Positions 21,358-33,368 are shown, counted from the whole stretch's first letter. The stretch: 63,318 nucleotides of DNA, filler included, from Asterionella formosa (GCA_002256025.1; 12 parts of 12 records of this genome joined end to end with filler, not necessarily neighbours in it), one strand, 5' to 3'. Program-made: numbers and translations. The notes: a model not told the origin generated them from the letters alone.

Positions 21358-23340
21358 AATTAAATTTGTTCATACATTTCGCAGAACATGTGCAAGACAC
21401 ACTGCAACCATGCTTTTCCTTAAAGCATCCACAAGCATTTGTGCATTCTTTCAGACACCTACACCTTCGTTTTGACTTGTTATCTCGAGGATAACACAAA
21501 GCATGAGCTTGCTGTATACTCATTTTTCTATAATTTTCACAAGTGAAAGTTCCATCAAGTATGGCTTGTCACTTTTCATTCAAATATGGTGAAATGACTG
21601 CCTCATTCTTTGGATGGACAAGAATGTATCTTTCTTGAGTGATAAGTATATCTTCTTATTTCTCCCTTTTCCAGAACATATAATGATGCCATGATGAGCA
21701 GTTACTGCTTGTATTCTTTTCCAAGTTCAATTGTAGATAGGGCGAAGACAATGGCAGAAATTCCATATGGGTTGCTTACATCTCTGTAGTCCATTTTAAG
21801 TGTAACTACCGTATACTTCATTGTCCTGGACCCCCCTATGGTTGCTGGACCCCCCTGTACATTTTTCTCGAGGTGGAACCAAACACCAACTAATTTTCTC
21901 GTCATAGACAAAGGAACGTGCTATAATTCTTTTGGTCCTCGTAGGCACTAGAATATAATTATTTAGCTATCATGTTGCGATTCATTTGTACATACAAAAC
22001 ACAAGAGAAGACAGGGCGGTAGTGGCTGTGAGCAGCTGGAGAATCCTTCATCATGTTGTCGCAACCTTGACCATGACGAAAATACGAATTATCTCCACGA
22101 AAATAGAGAACGACGCTTTGCTACTTGCTACTTTTATTAAGAACGACATGGAAAATACAATCGTAAAAGAAGTAAAGTAATAACACTAATAATGACAACG
22201 AAAATTGAGATCGCCGATAACAACATGAAGTCGCTTTTTTCTTGAGAGGTGAAGAACTCTCTCATTTTTCAGAAGTCGGAAATAATTGTCATATTAATAC
22301 ATCTTAGAAAAATGTGCGCTATCCTGTAGAACTAAAGAAATTTACTTAGGTCCATTATAAGGGGAATCTCTTCATTGTCCTGGCCCCCCCCCCTTAAGTA
22401 AAATCAGTCAAATTCAGTCACAGCAGTGTTCATTGGGGGTCCAGGACAATGAAGTATACGGTATAGACGACTCAATAGTTGCCTTTTGCCATGACTGCAT
22501 ATGTCTGCCTTTCATGTATTTGCTTTGATCCTCCTGTCATTGTGCTCTAACATATTGTTCATGTTTTTGTCTTTCATTTTTCTTTGATTTCATGGGAGTT
22601 TCTTTAACTGCTCTTTCCATAGCATGTCTTGCACATCTGTTCTCATTCCCACGACGTAATTTTCTTGCTGCCATTTCATTTAGCATCAGTTCCCCAACAA
22701 AATCCACTTGCTCAGTTTTTAGTTGCTGTGTAATTGAAACAGCATTATGTAGCTACTAGGTCACTTGGTAAGATCAATTCAGGATTGAATTGATTAACCA
22801 TTTCTTCTTCTTGTTGTCATTTTCCATTTTCTTGTTTGTGGACGAACTGCAATGATTTCATAGCTTAAACAATCCCCATCCGGCTCCTTTTCTTCTGCGT
22901 TGCAATTGGCAAAAGATTGCAGCATGTTTTGTTTGCCTTTGACTGAGTTGCTTGTGGAAGAAGATGGCAGCAAGTTGTCTGTGCCACAATCAAGCTGTGG
23001 TAGCTGTTGAAACAAGTGATTACCTAGATTATCGTTGTAATAATGAATTTCATCTTTACTGTGGCCGTAGATGTCGAAAGAATGCTCTTTTCTCTCGGTC
23101 CTTTCATCATCGCTGCTGCTGATATCAAAGTCACTGGTTTTCTCATGATACTTATCATTTGTTGATTGATCTTGAACACTGTTGCTAACATCAGGTCCTT
23201 CCATAAATTCAGCAACAAAACATTGTGAAAAGTCACAGCCACTGAAAGTGGTGTCACAGACATTGCCAACCTGTGAAAATGTCAAATCCATGGAGACAGA
23301 GTCATTGGGGTCACTGGGATTATGGGTCAAGTCATAAATG
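21358..23340 (-). pseudogene. Decayed remnant resembling the C-terminal region of a KRBA2/Ginger2-like integrase-type transposase, interrupted by a MITE
   Basis: Fragments 'SIVTLKMDYRDVSNPYGISAIVFA' (rejoined after removing the MITE) and terminal Cys cluster 'RCRCLKECTNACGCFKEKHGCSVSCTCSAKCMN'; many stops and frameshifts; catalytic core not seen. Confidence 0.4.
21809..22461. mobile_element. 653-bp MITE with 27-bp perfect TIRs and TA target-site duplication (Tc1/mariner/pogo type)
   Basis: CCGTATACTTCATTGTCCTGGACCCCC (21809-21835) is the reverse complement of 22435-22461; TA at 21807-21808 and 22462-22463; removing it plus one TA restores the host reading frame. Confidence 0.9.
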
Positions 23341-23703
23341 CGTCTGTAAATAAAAAAATATCGTACTTATAAGATCAGGGGTATCATACGATAACTGGCA
23401 CAGAATTTTTCTGTGCATGATACATATTTCGTTATATGTATGATAAATGCATACTATGAAAGTGAACAGGCTAAGATTACTAATAATAATCAAACCACCA
23501 TATAATTATCAAAACATTATCCTATGATGTATATTCTTTTACCATATACCTATCCTGCCTGTTATGATGGTAACTCTAATCGAAATAGCTGTTAAGAATA
23601 GGTTGAAATGGATTGTAATTTTACTGTTATATCACGACATCATTTTTATGCTTCTACATTTTTTGTGGTTAAACAGCTAATGTTCCCCTTTTCTATTCTT
23701 GTC

Positions 23704-23881
23704 TCAATGCTCTTGATGCATGCCTCCTGCCTCGTCCCTTCAATGCTCGTGAGGATGCATGCCTCCCCTGCTTCCCTTCAATGCTTTTAAGGATACATGC
23801 CTCCCGCTTCCCTTCAATGCTCTTGAGGATGCCTGCCTCTCCCCCGCTTCCCTTCAATGCTCTTGAGGATGCCTGCCTCTC
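23704..23881. repeat. Minisatellite, about 5 x 36-40 bp (TCAATGCTCTTGAGGATGCCTGCCTC...CTTCCCT), running into the contig end
   Basis: Direct inspection of the tandem units. Confidence 0.85.
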
Positions 23882-23981
23882 NNNNNNNNNNNNNNNNNNN
23901 NNNNNNNNNNNNNNNNNNNNNNNNNTTAATTAATTAANNNNNNNNNNNNNNNNNNNNNNNNNNNNNNNNNNNNNNNNNNNN
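23882..23981. other. Artificial contig linker N44-TTAATTAATTAA-N44
   Basis: Fixed 100-bp structure with stop codons in all six frames. Confidence 0.97.
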
Positions 23982-24117
23982 GTTAAAACTTCACATGAAA
24001 CCGTTAAAAGTAATCTTTTTTACGTGAAGAGTGGCATTAATGCATGTGAAGTACCACATAATTAACACTCATACGTAGACGAAATTTCGAAAAGTGGCGT
24101 ATTTCGCGGCTTAGATG
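23982..24117. repeat. Terminus of a multicopy repeat, near-identical to 55903-56038
   Basis: About 136 bp shared with one visible mismatch; identity stops abruptly after ...CTTAGATG. Confidence 0.85.
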
Positions 24118-24124
24118 CATGGTA

Positions 24125-25100
24125 CCCTGGAAGGTCCGGTAATCAGCGAATTGCCCGCACTATAAACTAAAAATTCCACGTTGCGGTTTCAACCTACTTC
24201 ATTGGAAGTCTGTCCGGCTCACCAATTCCGAAATGATGAAAAATCTCAAAATATTTCAATTTATTTAGATTACCTGTAACTGTTATAAAGTTTCAAACGG
24301 AAAAGCGCTGCCACCTTTCACAGCAGAAGGAAGAATCGCTGACTTCCAACTTCAACTTGCTGACTGCAGACTCCTTGTTGCTAACTGCTGACTTGATTTG
24401 CTGAAAATTTGAAATATTCGCTGACTGCTGACATCATTTGCTGACTACTGACATGAAATCGCTGACTACTACTAACTTCAACTTGCTGACGTCAAGCAAC
24501 CTTCTTTGTACATATGAAGAGAACAACTAACGGTACCAGTGTGCGAGTCGTGTTTACTTTTCATATTTAATAACGACGCAAGCATCTTTTCATTGTTGAG
24601 ATACTAAAAGCGATGCCTTCTACGCTCATACTGTAGCGAGAAACACAGACGTACCTGGTACTCCGTACATAATTAAAAGCTTTGAAATAGACATTGATGC
24701 CTGAAAAATATCATTGCTATCTACTTCTTAATATTGCTACCACTATGTACTAACTATCATAAAAATGCTGATTTCAACTTGCTGACTACTGACTGCGGAC
24801 TTCGTCTCGCTGACTGCTGACTTGATTGGCTGAAAATTTGAAAAAATCGCTGACTGATGATATGAAATCGCTGACTGCTGACTTCAACTTACTGACTCCT
24901 GACTTAAAGCTCATTTTGACAATAAAATGACTAATGGCTTAACATCTATAAAAACAACTTTTTAAAGAATAACGGAGTGGCGCAAAATTTAGGGGTTCGA
25001 AAATTTTGGGAGTGTACCACTGCCTTTTCTTGTATGTGAATCGATGAAGAGAAAACGAGCAACCTGCACGCTATGTACGCTGATTACCGGACCTTCCTGG
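24125..25100. mobile_element. About 976-bp TA-flanked MITE with ends CCC...TGG, a 20-bp perfect TIR core and internal GCTGACT repeat blocks
   Basis: GGAAGGTCCGGTAATCAGCG (24129-24148) versus CGCTGATTACCGGACCTTCC (25078-25097); TA at 24123-24124 and 25101-25102; two related GCTGACT-rich blocks at about 24338-24492 and 24768-24905. Confidence 0.75.
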
Positions 25101-25967
25101 TAGTACCCGAGGTAGCACTTGTAAGCACTTGTATATAATTTCTTTTTTAGATTAATTCAATTCTTTTCTATAGATAATAAACTTATAGCACTAGCTAGTA
25201 TGGATTACTCGGAGTAACTATGTAGCCGTTGTGAGTGGCTGGAGCATACATAATGCATCATGTCGTCTCAGCCTTGACCATGACGAAATCAACAAATATC
25301 TCTATGAAAAATGAAAATGACGCTTTGCTATTGCATAAAACATTTAGCACGATATAGAAAATACAATCATAAAAGAAGATTTGTAATAAATCTAATGTTG
25401 ACAACGAAAATCGAAATAGCCAAGAGCATTTTTTAATGAAATTTTTAGATTCACACTTCAAACGATGAAGCTATCAGCAGGTGTGATACTTTCACAGTAG
25501 CTATCATTCAACACATACAAAGTCGACTAAACAATAACATGATTAAGTAAAGCAAAAGATGTGAAACAAGTTATTTGTTAGCTTAGATTTGATTGATAGT
25601 GGACAGTCGATATAGTGTATAGTATACATGCATACATAACATGCATACGGACTGTCAACAATACATGCCGGTAGTTATATCGGGTTGTTGCTATGATGAT
25701 GCTGGCAGTTGCGAATTTCCAATCCCAAAGACTCTGAAAACCGTTGATTGAGATGGGTTCTTTTCATCACTTTGGCCAGAAAAGGAAAACGATTTTGAGT
25801 TTGGTGAGAATAAAGCAACGTAGGCTTACTTTTGCTTCAGGCCGCCCCTCTATTGCCCCAATCATTGTTGTGTTTTCTTGACGTTTCCTTATTCAGAAGA
25901 ATCAAAATAGCATTAAAACCTAGTACGTCAAAAAAATGGTGATCCCCATGCATACAGACGATTTTAA

Positions 25968-27469
25968 GGTTGCGGCCCCCGCTTAACCTTAGTTTGGAGA
26001 ACTAGGGTTGTAAAAACGGCGTGGAACATGGAGTTTCCTACTATGAATTCCCATGATTCGAGCTTCGATTTGACTATTTGAATTAAATAGGAATCGGCGC
26101 CAGATTGACAGAGTTCCATTTTAAACAAAGAAAAATGATATTTAAACGTTATTAGTTTATCTACGTTGCTGCATGTAAAAATGATATTGCTCAACGCCAA
26201 AACGCATACCGTTTATATAATAAATAGGGATTACCAGGATGAAACATGTACGCTCATGGTTTGTGTTTAAACATTATATTGAATCTGCGTTGCTGCATGC
26301 AGGTACAATATTACAACTTGCACAAAGGTATACATAAAAATCAGCTCCTGGTACCAGGGTACCGGAGTACCAGTATACCGATACCTGGTTCCAGGTACCT
26401 CGTACGAAATCTTGGTACATGGTGATGGAAGACATGATGAAACGACCGATACCCTGATACCAGGTTCCGGTACTGATTTTACCTGCCGGTATAGAGTACA
26501 TCTAAAGTAAAGAAAATAGTTAAAGGTGAAATTAGCTTTCACCAATACGACCACTTTGCATATGCTTAGATACAGTCATGGGTCAACTTAGGGGTATGTT
26601 CTATCTTCGGATATGCTAAGGACCTCATCTCTGGAGACAAACTGTAGTTATCCCTCTTGGAATCGTAACTATCCGAAAAATAGTCAAAAAAGGGGGCTAT
26701 AAAGCTTTTTAAAAATTCTACGAGGGATAACTGCAGTTTCTCTCCAAAAGTTAACTCCTGACGTTATAGGGTACACGGCTATCTACTTTAAGGTTGCAGC
26801 CCCGGCTTAACCCTAGTTTAGAGAATATATCGCTAGGGTTGTTAAAACAGCGTGGAACAGGGAATTTCCTAGTACTATGAATTCCCATGATTCGAGTGTA
26901 TATTTGAATATTTGAATTAAATAGGAATCGGCGCCAGATTGACAGAGTTCCATTTTAAACAAACAAAAATGATATTTAAACGTTATTAGTTTATCTACGT
27001 TGCTGCATGTAAAAATGATAGGAAATTCCCTGTTCCACGCTGTTTTAACAACCCTAGCGATATTTTCTCCAAACTAGGGTTAAGCCGGGGCCGCAACCTT
27101 AAAGTAGATAGCCGTGTACCCTATAACGTCAGGAGTTAACTTTTGGAGAGAAACTGCAGTTATCCCTCGTAGAATTTTTAAAAAGCTTTATAGCCCCCTT
27201 TTTTGACTATTTTTCGGATAGTTACGATTCCAAGAGGGATAACTACAGTTTGTCTCCAGAGATGAGGTCCTTAGCATATCCGAAGATAGAACATACCCCT
27301 AAGTTGACCCATGACTGTATCTAAGCATATGCAAAGTGGTCGTATTGGTGAAAGCTAATTTCACCTTTAACTATTTTCTTTGCTTTTACGTAATGTGTGG
27401 ATTAAGGTACATCATAAAATTATTTTGGGAAAAAAGGACCTCGCAATGAGTAACTGCGGGGCCGCAACC
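25968..27469. mobile_element. Composite non-autonomous DNA element(s) with GGTTGCGGCCCC termini in TTA/TAA context (PIF/Harbinger-like)
   Basis: Terminal motif at 25968 (+), 26792 (+), 27087-27098 (-) and 27458-27469 (-); about 230-bp direct repeat 25963-26186 versus 26787-27020. Confidence 0.5.
26504..27386. repeat. Long inverted repeat: 368-bp arms (26504-26871 and 27019-27386) with a 147-bp loop
   Basis: Arms are reverse complements with about 4 mismatches counted by eye. Confidence 0.92.
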
Positions 27470-28115
27470 ATAAAGTGAATTGATGACGTTTTCTATATAA
27501 ATAAAGGCCTGTCCTACGTCACGTTATCAATTTTAGCAAAATGACCGTAACTTGCAGGTAAAGTCTTTCGTACATAACGGTATACTGTAGATAGTAACTG
27601 CTCGGAGTACCAGGTAGACTAATTTTACCAGATACCGGGAATTAAAAGTAACGGTAAGTAAGGAGTAAGTAAAAAGTATCATACCTGATATGTACCGGCA
27701 TATTCCGATAGAGTATGTGTTTGTAGTTACAGCAGTGACGATGTGAGTATACTGGTAACAGGTACGCACACTGAAACGAACTCCTTTCTTCATTTTCTCA
27801 CAATATATATACGCATACCGGTATACACCCGGTACCAGGTACCTGGTAATACTTACGACCGGTATAGAGGAATATAGGCCGGTGTGTGTCAAACACATAT
27901 TTACCATAAATTTGTCCTGCATGTCATTCGATCGTCAGTCGCACAGCTCGTGTTGTTGTCATCAGTGTTTTTCGTTAGCTAATAGACGATCCCCCCTCCC
28001 CCCCTAGCTTGACTGAAAGCACTGTGATGCCCTTAGAGAGTCGGCCTACTGCTGTTCTACCTTTCGCGTTTTAGTAATTTTGTCACCCTTGGGAGGTCTT
28101 TCCTTTTGTTTGACG

Positions 28116-29573
28116 ATGGTGAATACCGTGCGCTTTCGCACTGTCATGCCGACTGATATTCCACGCTGTTACGAGATCGAAACGGCTTCCTATCCCACCG
28201 AAGAAGCGGCTTCTAGATCGTCTCTTCAGTATCGTCAGCACCACGCAGAAAAGTACTTTCGCTGTGCAGTTCTTGGCGAGGAAGAAGAAGAGACTGTGAT
28301 TGGCTTTATCTGCGCCACCAGGTGCAAGGCTTTTGATGCCGACGCCATGTCGACGCACGATTCCACAGGACCACTGCTGGCAGTGCATTCTGTCGTGGTT
28401 GATAAGCTCTACAGAAAGCAAGGGATCGCTTTTGCTATGATGAAAGATTACGTCAACACGATGCGGCAAATGCACGATGGTGTGGAGCGTCTAGTGCTAA
28501 TCTCAAAAGCGGAGCTGTTGGCATTTTACGTCAAGTGCGGATATGCTGTTCTGCGTCCCAGCAATATTATTCATGGAGAGGAGCTCTGGTATCATTTAGA
28601 AATGGACGTTAGGTTGAATACGGGGCGCCCATGTTGGGTTGTGGACTCCTTCGCGGAAGTCGCTGGTTGCGGCAATCCAGCGGCTGTGGTTTTGTTACCG
28701 CATTCGACCAACCCAGACCAAGACGAGACTCGCGCGTGGATGCAGTGCGTTGCTAAAGAGTTTAACTTGTCTGAGACAGCCTTTGTGTGGCCCAAGAGTG
28801 AACAAAAGGAAGTGCATCAACGAGTTTTCTATAACATTCGATTCTATACACCCTCTGTTGAGGTGGATTTATGTGGACATGCTACTCTGGCTTCCGCCGC
28901 TATTTTATTCCAAACAATTCCTTTCAAAGTCAAAAATGATGCAACGATCATATTTGAGGGGAAGAAGGACGTCCTCACCATGCATCCCTCCGCCGAAGGA
29001 ACCAAATCGTGGACAAACAACGGCCGTTCCATGACAATCAGTATGGACTTCCCTCAAAGGAAGTTGGTGGAAGTAGCAAGCGAAAATGACAGAAACGAGA
29101 TCTTGACTATGCTAGAGGCTGCATTCCATTACCCGAAAGGAAGCTTGGAGGACAAAGTCTTATACGTGGGACTTGACGACAATGGCGATAATCTCCTTAT
29201 TGAGTTCACGCCTGAGTGCTTCAAGGCAATCGGATTTGAAAACATACAGTATAGCGAGATGTTGAGGTGGAATGGGAACGCATTCGGAATAATAATTTGC
29301 TGTGCATCAGACGACACGGACGAAGGCATCGATTTCTTCTCTCGTTACTTTTGTCCCAGGGCAGGCATCGACGAAGATCCCGTCACAGGGGCAGCACATT
29401 GTAGCTTAGGCCCTTTTTTCAGCAAGAAGTTGGGTAAGAAAGAAGTGACAGGGTATCAAGCCTCTAAACGTGGTGGTATGGTTCAATGTGTCCTTGGTGA
29501 CGATCGGATCGTAATTATTGGAACTGCCGTAACTACGATGAGTGGTACCTTATGGATAGGTAGCGACAGCTAA
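28116..29573 (+). CDS. Fusion of an arylalkylamine/polyamine N-acetyltransferase-like GNAT domain and a PhzF-family epimerase/isomerase domain
   Basis: GNAT: IETASYP.EEAAS, IGFICAT, VHSVVV...RKQGIA, LLAFYVKCGY; PhzF: VDSFA...GNPAAV, EFNLSETAF, EVDLCGHATLA, EDPVTGAAH, QASKRGG; single ORF, first ATG at 28116. Confidence 0.85.
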   Translation: MVNTVRFRTVMPTDIPRCYEIETASYPTEEAASRSSLQYRQHHAEKYFRCAVLGEEEEETVIGFICATRCKAFDADAMSTHDSTGPLLAVHSVVVDKLYRKQGIAFAMMKDYVNTMRQMHDGVERLVLISKAELLAFYVKCGYAVLRPSNIIHGEELWYHLEMDVRLNTGRPCWVVDSFAEVAGCGNPAAVVLLPHSTNPDQDETRAWMQCVAKEFNLSETAFVWPKSEQKEVHQRVFYNIRFYTPSVEVDLCGHATLASAAILFQTIPFKVKNDATIIFEGKKDVLTMHPSAEGTKSWTNNGRSMTISMDFPQRKLVEVASENDRNEILTMLEAAFHYPKGSLEDKVLYVGLDDNGDNLLIEFTPECFKAIGFENIQYSEMLRWNGNAFGIIICCASDDTDEGIDFFSRYFCPRAGIDEDPVTGAAHCSLGPFFSKKLGKKEVTGYQASKRGGMVQCVLGDDRIVIIGTAVTTMSGTLWIGSDS

Positions 29574-30363
29574 AGAAACGCAGCGAAAAATTGATTGAGA
29601 AAATAAAGATAATTTACAGTAACTAGCAATGTAGTTGTCCTGCGTTTAGACTCATCCGCTTTTCGGCTATATGGACCGCCGGTAGGTCAAACATGAAAAA
29701 CAAAGCTCACCAAGACATGACCAATCCTTCGACAAATACAAATTCTTGCCCTCTTTGGTTGCCGGCGACATGCAAATAGGGAGGTTCGCCGTTATACCTT
29801 TAGTGTGATTCACCAGCACGTATCGTGTCAACATGGGGTACTGGTCTTGTCCTTGCATCCATGTTGACTGTAACCGTACTATCTGGTGCCGGCACGAGAA
29901 GGCGCTCTGACTTTTTTCGGGTGATACTTATTGTTTATATGTTGGGGCCAGGATAGTTCGCAAACCGCTTCTCAAACACTTTATGTTCCCCGCTATCAGC
30001 CGCCCAAATTTTCCAGGATGTTCAGGTACACGACAAGCAAAATGTACGTAATTTTGGCATCAAGTCGACCTCAACGCGTGTTGAAAACGAAAAGCGACGA
30101 ATGATGGGCTCGATGACACCGGCACTGCAGAATATCGTTGAGGTGACCTTACCATTGACTTCAGGATCAAGTAGTCTACATGGATTCTGGACGACAACCT
30201 ATAGGTTTAAATGCAGGTAGCGACCTTTTGTTTTATCTAATATCACATACGAATGCATTGGCATGGCCCAACGCATCCTCATTTCAACTGTTATGAAACT
30301 CACTTTCCACCCAGCAGTTGCTGACGAAATATTTCAAGCTAACAATGGTAGGCACAAGATTTC

Positions 30364-31751
30364 TCATGATGCAAGCATACACCAAACGAATCCGATGCTC
30401 TTCAATTTCTTGTATTTCATTTCAGTCATGGTATTCTTTTCTCCATTTTTCCAAGCTTTATACTGAGAGCGCTGAGTTGAAACCCACCGACCAAGAGCAG
30501 GATTTTCTGCATATTTGGTTGGCACGAGACCTAGGAGTCGAAAGAAATGTCAGAGCCAAGGAAATGAAAGGATCAAAATCAAAGCTGACATAACTTACAA
30601 TCGCCCCGCTCTCGCTTATAGGCTCTCAACTCGTCATACTTCGTATCCCACGAATGCTGACCCTTACGCTTGGCCCATACAAATCCAATGGCACGCAATG
30701 CTTCAAGTTTACCATCATTCATAGAGGATGGCTTGCCATCGTCATAGCACTTTTTTTCCATTCGCTGCTTGTTCACCCATACTCCGAGTTTCTGGTTCGG
30801 CAAGTACTTTTGAGGCACGTTCGTATTCCCATGCAATGTCCTGTACTCATGCAATTCCCTGAGACGATCGTACCAAGTTTTGAGCGCTTCCTGCGCTCGA
30901 GGCGTTCCGGCGATATCGAGGGCCTTGGATGAAGGTGCTAGCTTTAAATCTGATGTGCGCTCGCCGGAGGTAGAGGAAGGATCCCAAGTGATATCCTCAC
31001 TGATGAATTCCCCAGGAAGGGGTGATGCAAAATCGTGTGATAACCGGCGGGGATGATACTCAGGTAGATGCGAGTAATTTTCAGGATACGATGCATAGTG
31101 TTGCGCCGGATGGAAGGGAAAATCGTCGCCAATCTTGAAGTGCACCGATGGCGAGTTTACGCGCTGTAAGTTGAAAGCAGAGCCCCATGTTGGCTGCAAA
31201 GGAGGATAGTGGTCCCGGTGCGAGTCAAGATAGGATTCTCCCATATCCTGTTGATGCATCCTGTATGAATTGGCTTCTTTTATTGAAGCGACTTGCTGAT
31301 GTCGCCTAGCAACATCGCTATGCATGGCTTCAAATGATCCAGCCATACCTTGCTTCTCCTTTTGATTGCTCAGTACCTCACTCTCTGGGATCCTCGACAG
31401 CGCGGCAATATCGAAGGAGTCTATCTCAATTCCTGGCTGAAAAAATGGATCAACTTCCACTTCATCGATGACTCTCCTATTTCCTGAATATTTCCCGAGG
31501 GGAGAAGTGTTCACCATGAAGACATCAGCAGGTTCGTATCCAGGTACGGGCACAGAAGCAGTAGAAATACCGTTAAATGAGTCTGGAAAAGAAAATGGAT
31601 CACTCGACGGATCGGTGCCCCCTTCTTCGTCATGATCAAATGAACCGTCGTCTTCCATGTTTTGATAATATTGGTCGTTCTGCTCTCTGTGAAATTCCCA
31701 TGAGATGTCGTGGGGTGGTCTTGTGCGATAGGAAGTCCAATGATTGCTCAT
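30364..31751 (-). CDS. Helicase-associated (HA) domain protein with two HA repeats; exons 31751-30599 and 30530-30364
   Basis: W...L.EY...HGNTNVPQKY..N.KLGVWVNKQR...L.AIGFVW, plus a second repeat rebuilt across a GTAAGT..TAG intron (GDC-LVPTKYAENPALGRWVSTQR...LKSIGFVW). Confidence 0.85.
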
Positions 31752-32839
31752 TGTCAGAGCCTGTATTCTTCTATCAAAAACAATGAGTGGATATCAACGA
31801 GAAGTTAACCCAAGGACAACCTTTTTTCAAAAGCGTGCATGGCACCAAGATTATTATTTGACATTTTGTCTTTTGACTTCTTTTCGTACACATTGTCAAA
31901 ACGTGGCCAGGCCCCTCTTGACGTGGATATCGAGAAGAACGAACGCAGACTTACAACATGCAATTGTTCATTTGAGGAGCATTCTTGAACGCGCCTAGAG
32001 AGTTTTCACGGACCTAAACCGATGGTAGTTTCATGTGACTACATCATGTGCATATTGTATTAGCCCAATCGGCAATGCGTTGAAGCATTCTGCTCTGCGA
32101 ACTATTCGAGCGAAATACGTACAGTGTGGTAAAGAATCATACGAGGAGATTCAGAAGAAACCGTCACTTATGCTAAAAAGGTCTCAGTGATGCTCATCCC
32201 ACAAAACAATGGTCAGAAAACATTTCATTCAAGCAAAGAGAAATGAAGTGATGGCAAATAGACGACGACCCTACCGTCATTTCTGGACCACCATCGTTAT
32301 CTTGATTACTGACTTCAGAAACGATACAACTAACATTAGCGCCTGACGAACAACGGAATCGGATATCATACGATGATAATCTGATGCGTCGTCGAATCGG
32401 AGATCATCTTGGCTTCGCTTTCGCTTGTCGACTTCCAACTTTGTGGTTGCCTTTCATGTTGACTACCGGTAGTACTACAGTAAATACCGGGTATATACCC
32501 GTATAAAATATGCACCGTACCTGGTACTCAGATGTGAATAAACTAAACACATTTTTTCGAGTAAGCCAACAGCCTCATGTAGATATAGTATGTTTTCTAC
32601 ACAATCCGTCCTCAAAATAAGCTGCTCTTTATGAACTGGAGTCGCTCCAAATTGATGCGCTCAAGAACTTGGGTGAAGGCCCAGTAAATGCCAGTTTGTA
32701 CTACGAGGAACGCACAGCTATATTTCTCATTAATAGCTAGTGCCGTACGCACGACATACTATACACCATTTGTGGTCTACTTCTTCTCACTTACTTACGA
32801 TTTCACGACATGCACAGTACATACTGAGCACCGATTGTG

Positions 32840-32925
32840 TACCAGGTACTGGTACCGAACCTGGTTACCAGGTACCAGGTACCAGGTACTAGGTATTAGG
32901 TACTAATATCAGGTACCTGGTACCA
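32840..32925. repeat. Dense TACCWGG/TA run (for example three tandem TACCAGG units at 32866-32888); one of many such intergenic clusters
   Basis: Direct inspection; similar clusters at 391-490, 9826-9960, 17400-17500, 17640-17821, 26345-26470, 27605-27865 and 39748-39776. Confidence 0.85.
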
Positions 32926-33368
32926 GCAAGAAGTGTATCAGGTTATATGTACTCCTGAGTACCAGTTACTTTCGTGAACAACTGGTACCTGGTACTAGGG
33001 TACAGTTCACAAGAAGAATATTGCAGCATACCGGTATATCTTGTGATCTCCTTGTACCATGCTGAGTTGATTTCTGCCTGGTATGATGCCTTTTGTAGCT
33101 GGTACATTCATGCTCCAATGATGAAGCTAAAATTTGATCACCACCATACATTTATATGAAATAGAACTAATTAGAGGGACGGCGAAGTAAAGCAATCGAA
33201 ATCTTGCCGCTTTTGTGTCAATCATAGAGAAAGAAGAAGCCCTTCCTCAGCAACATGACCGTTAGGTAGTCCATCATTCAGTCCACATTCACGTCTGCTA
33301 AAAGGTGAAGAGGGCGTTCACTTCAAGTTTCCGTTCTCGTGTTTTATCAGTCCTGAGTCCTGACTATC

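Noticed and set aside
23926..23937. Palindromic TTAATTAATTAA repeated 11 times
   Set aside because: Synthetic six-frame stop linker between N runs
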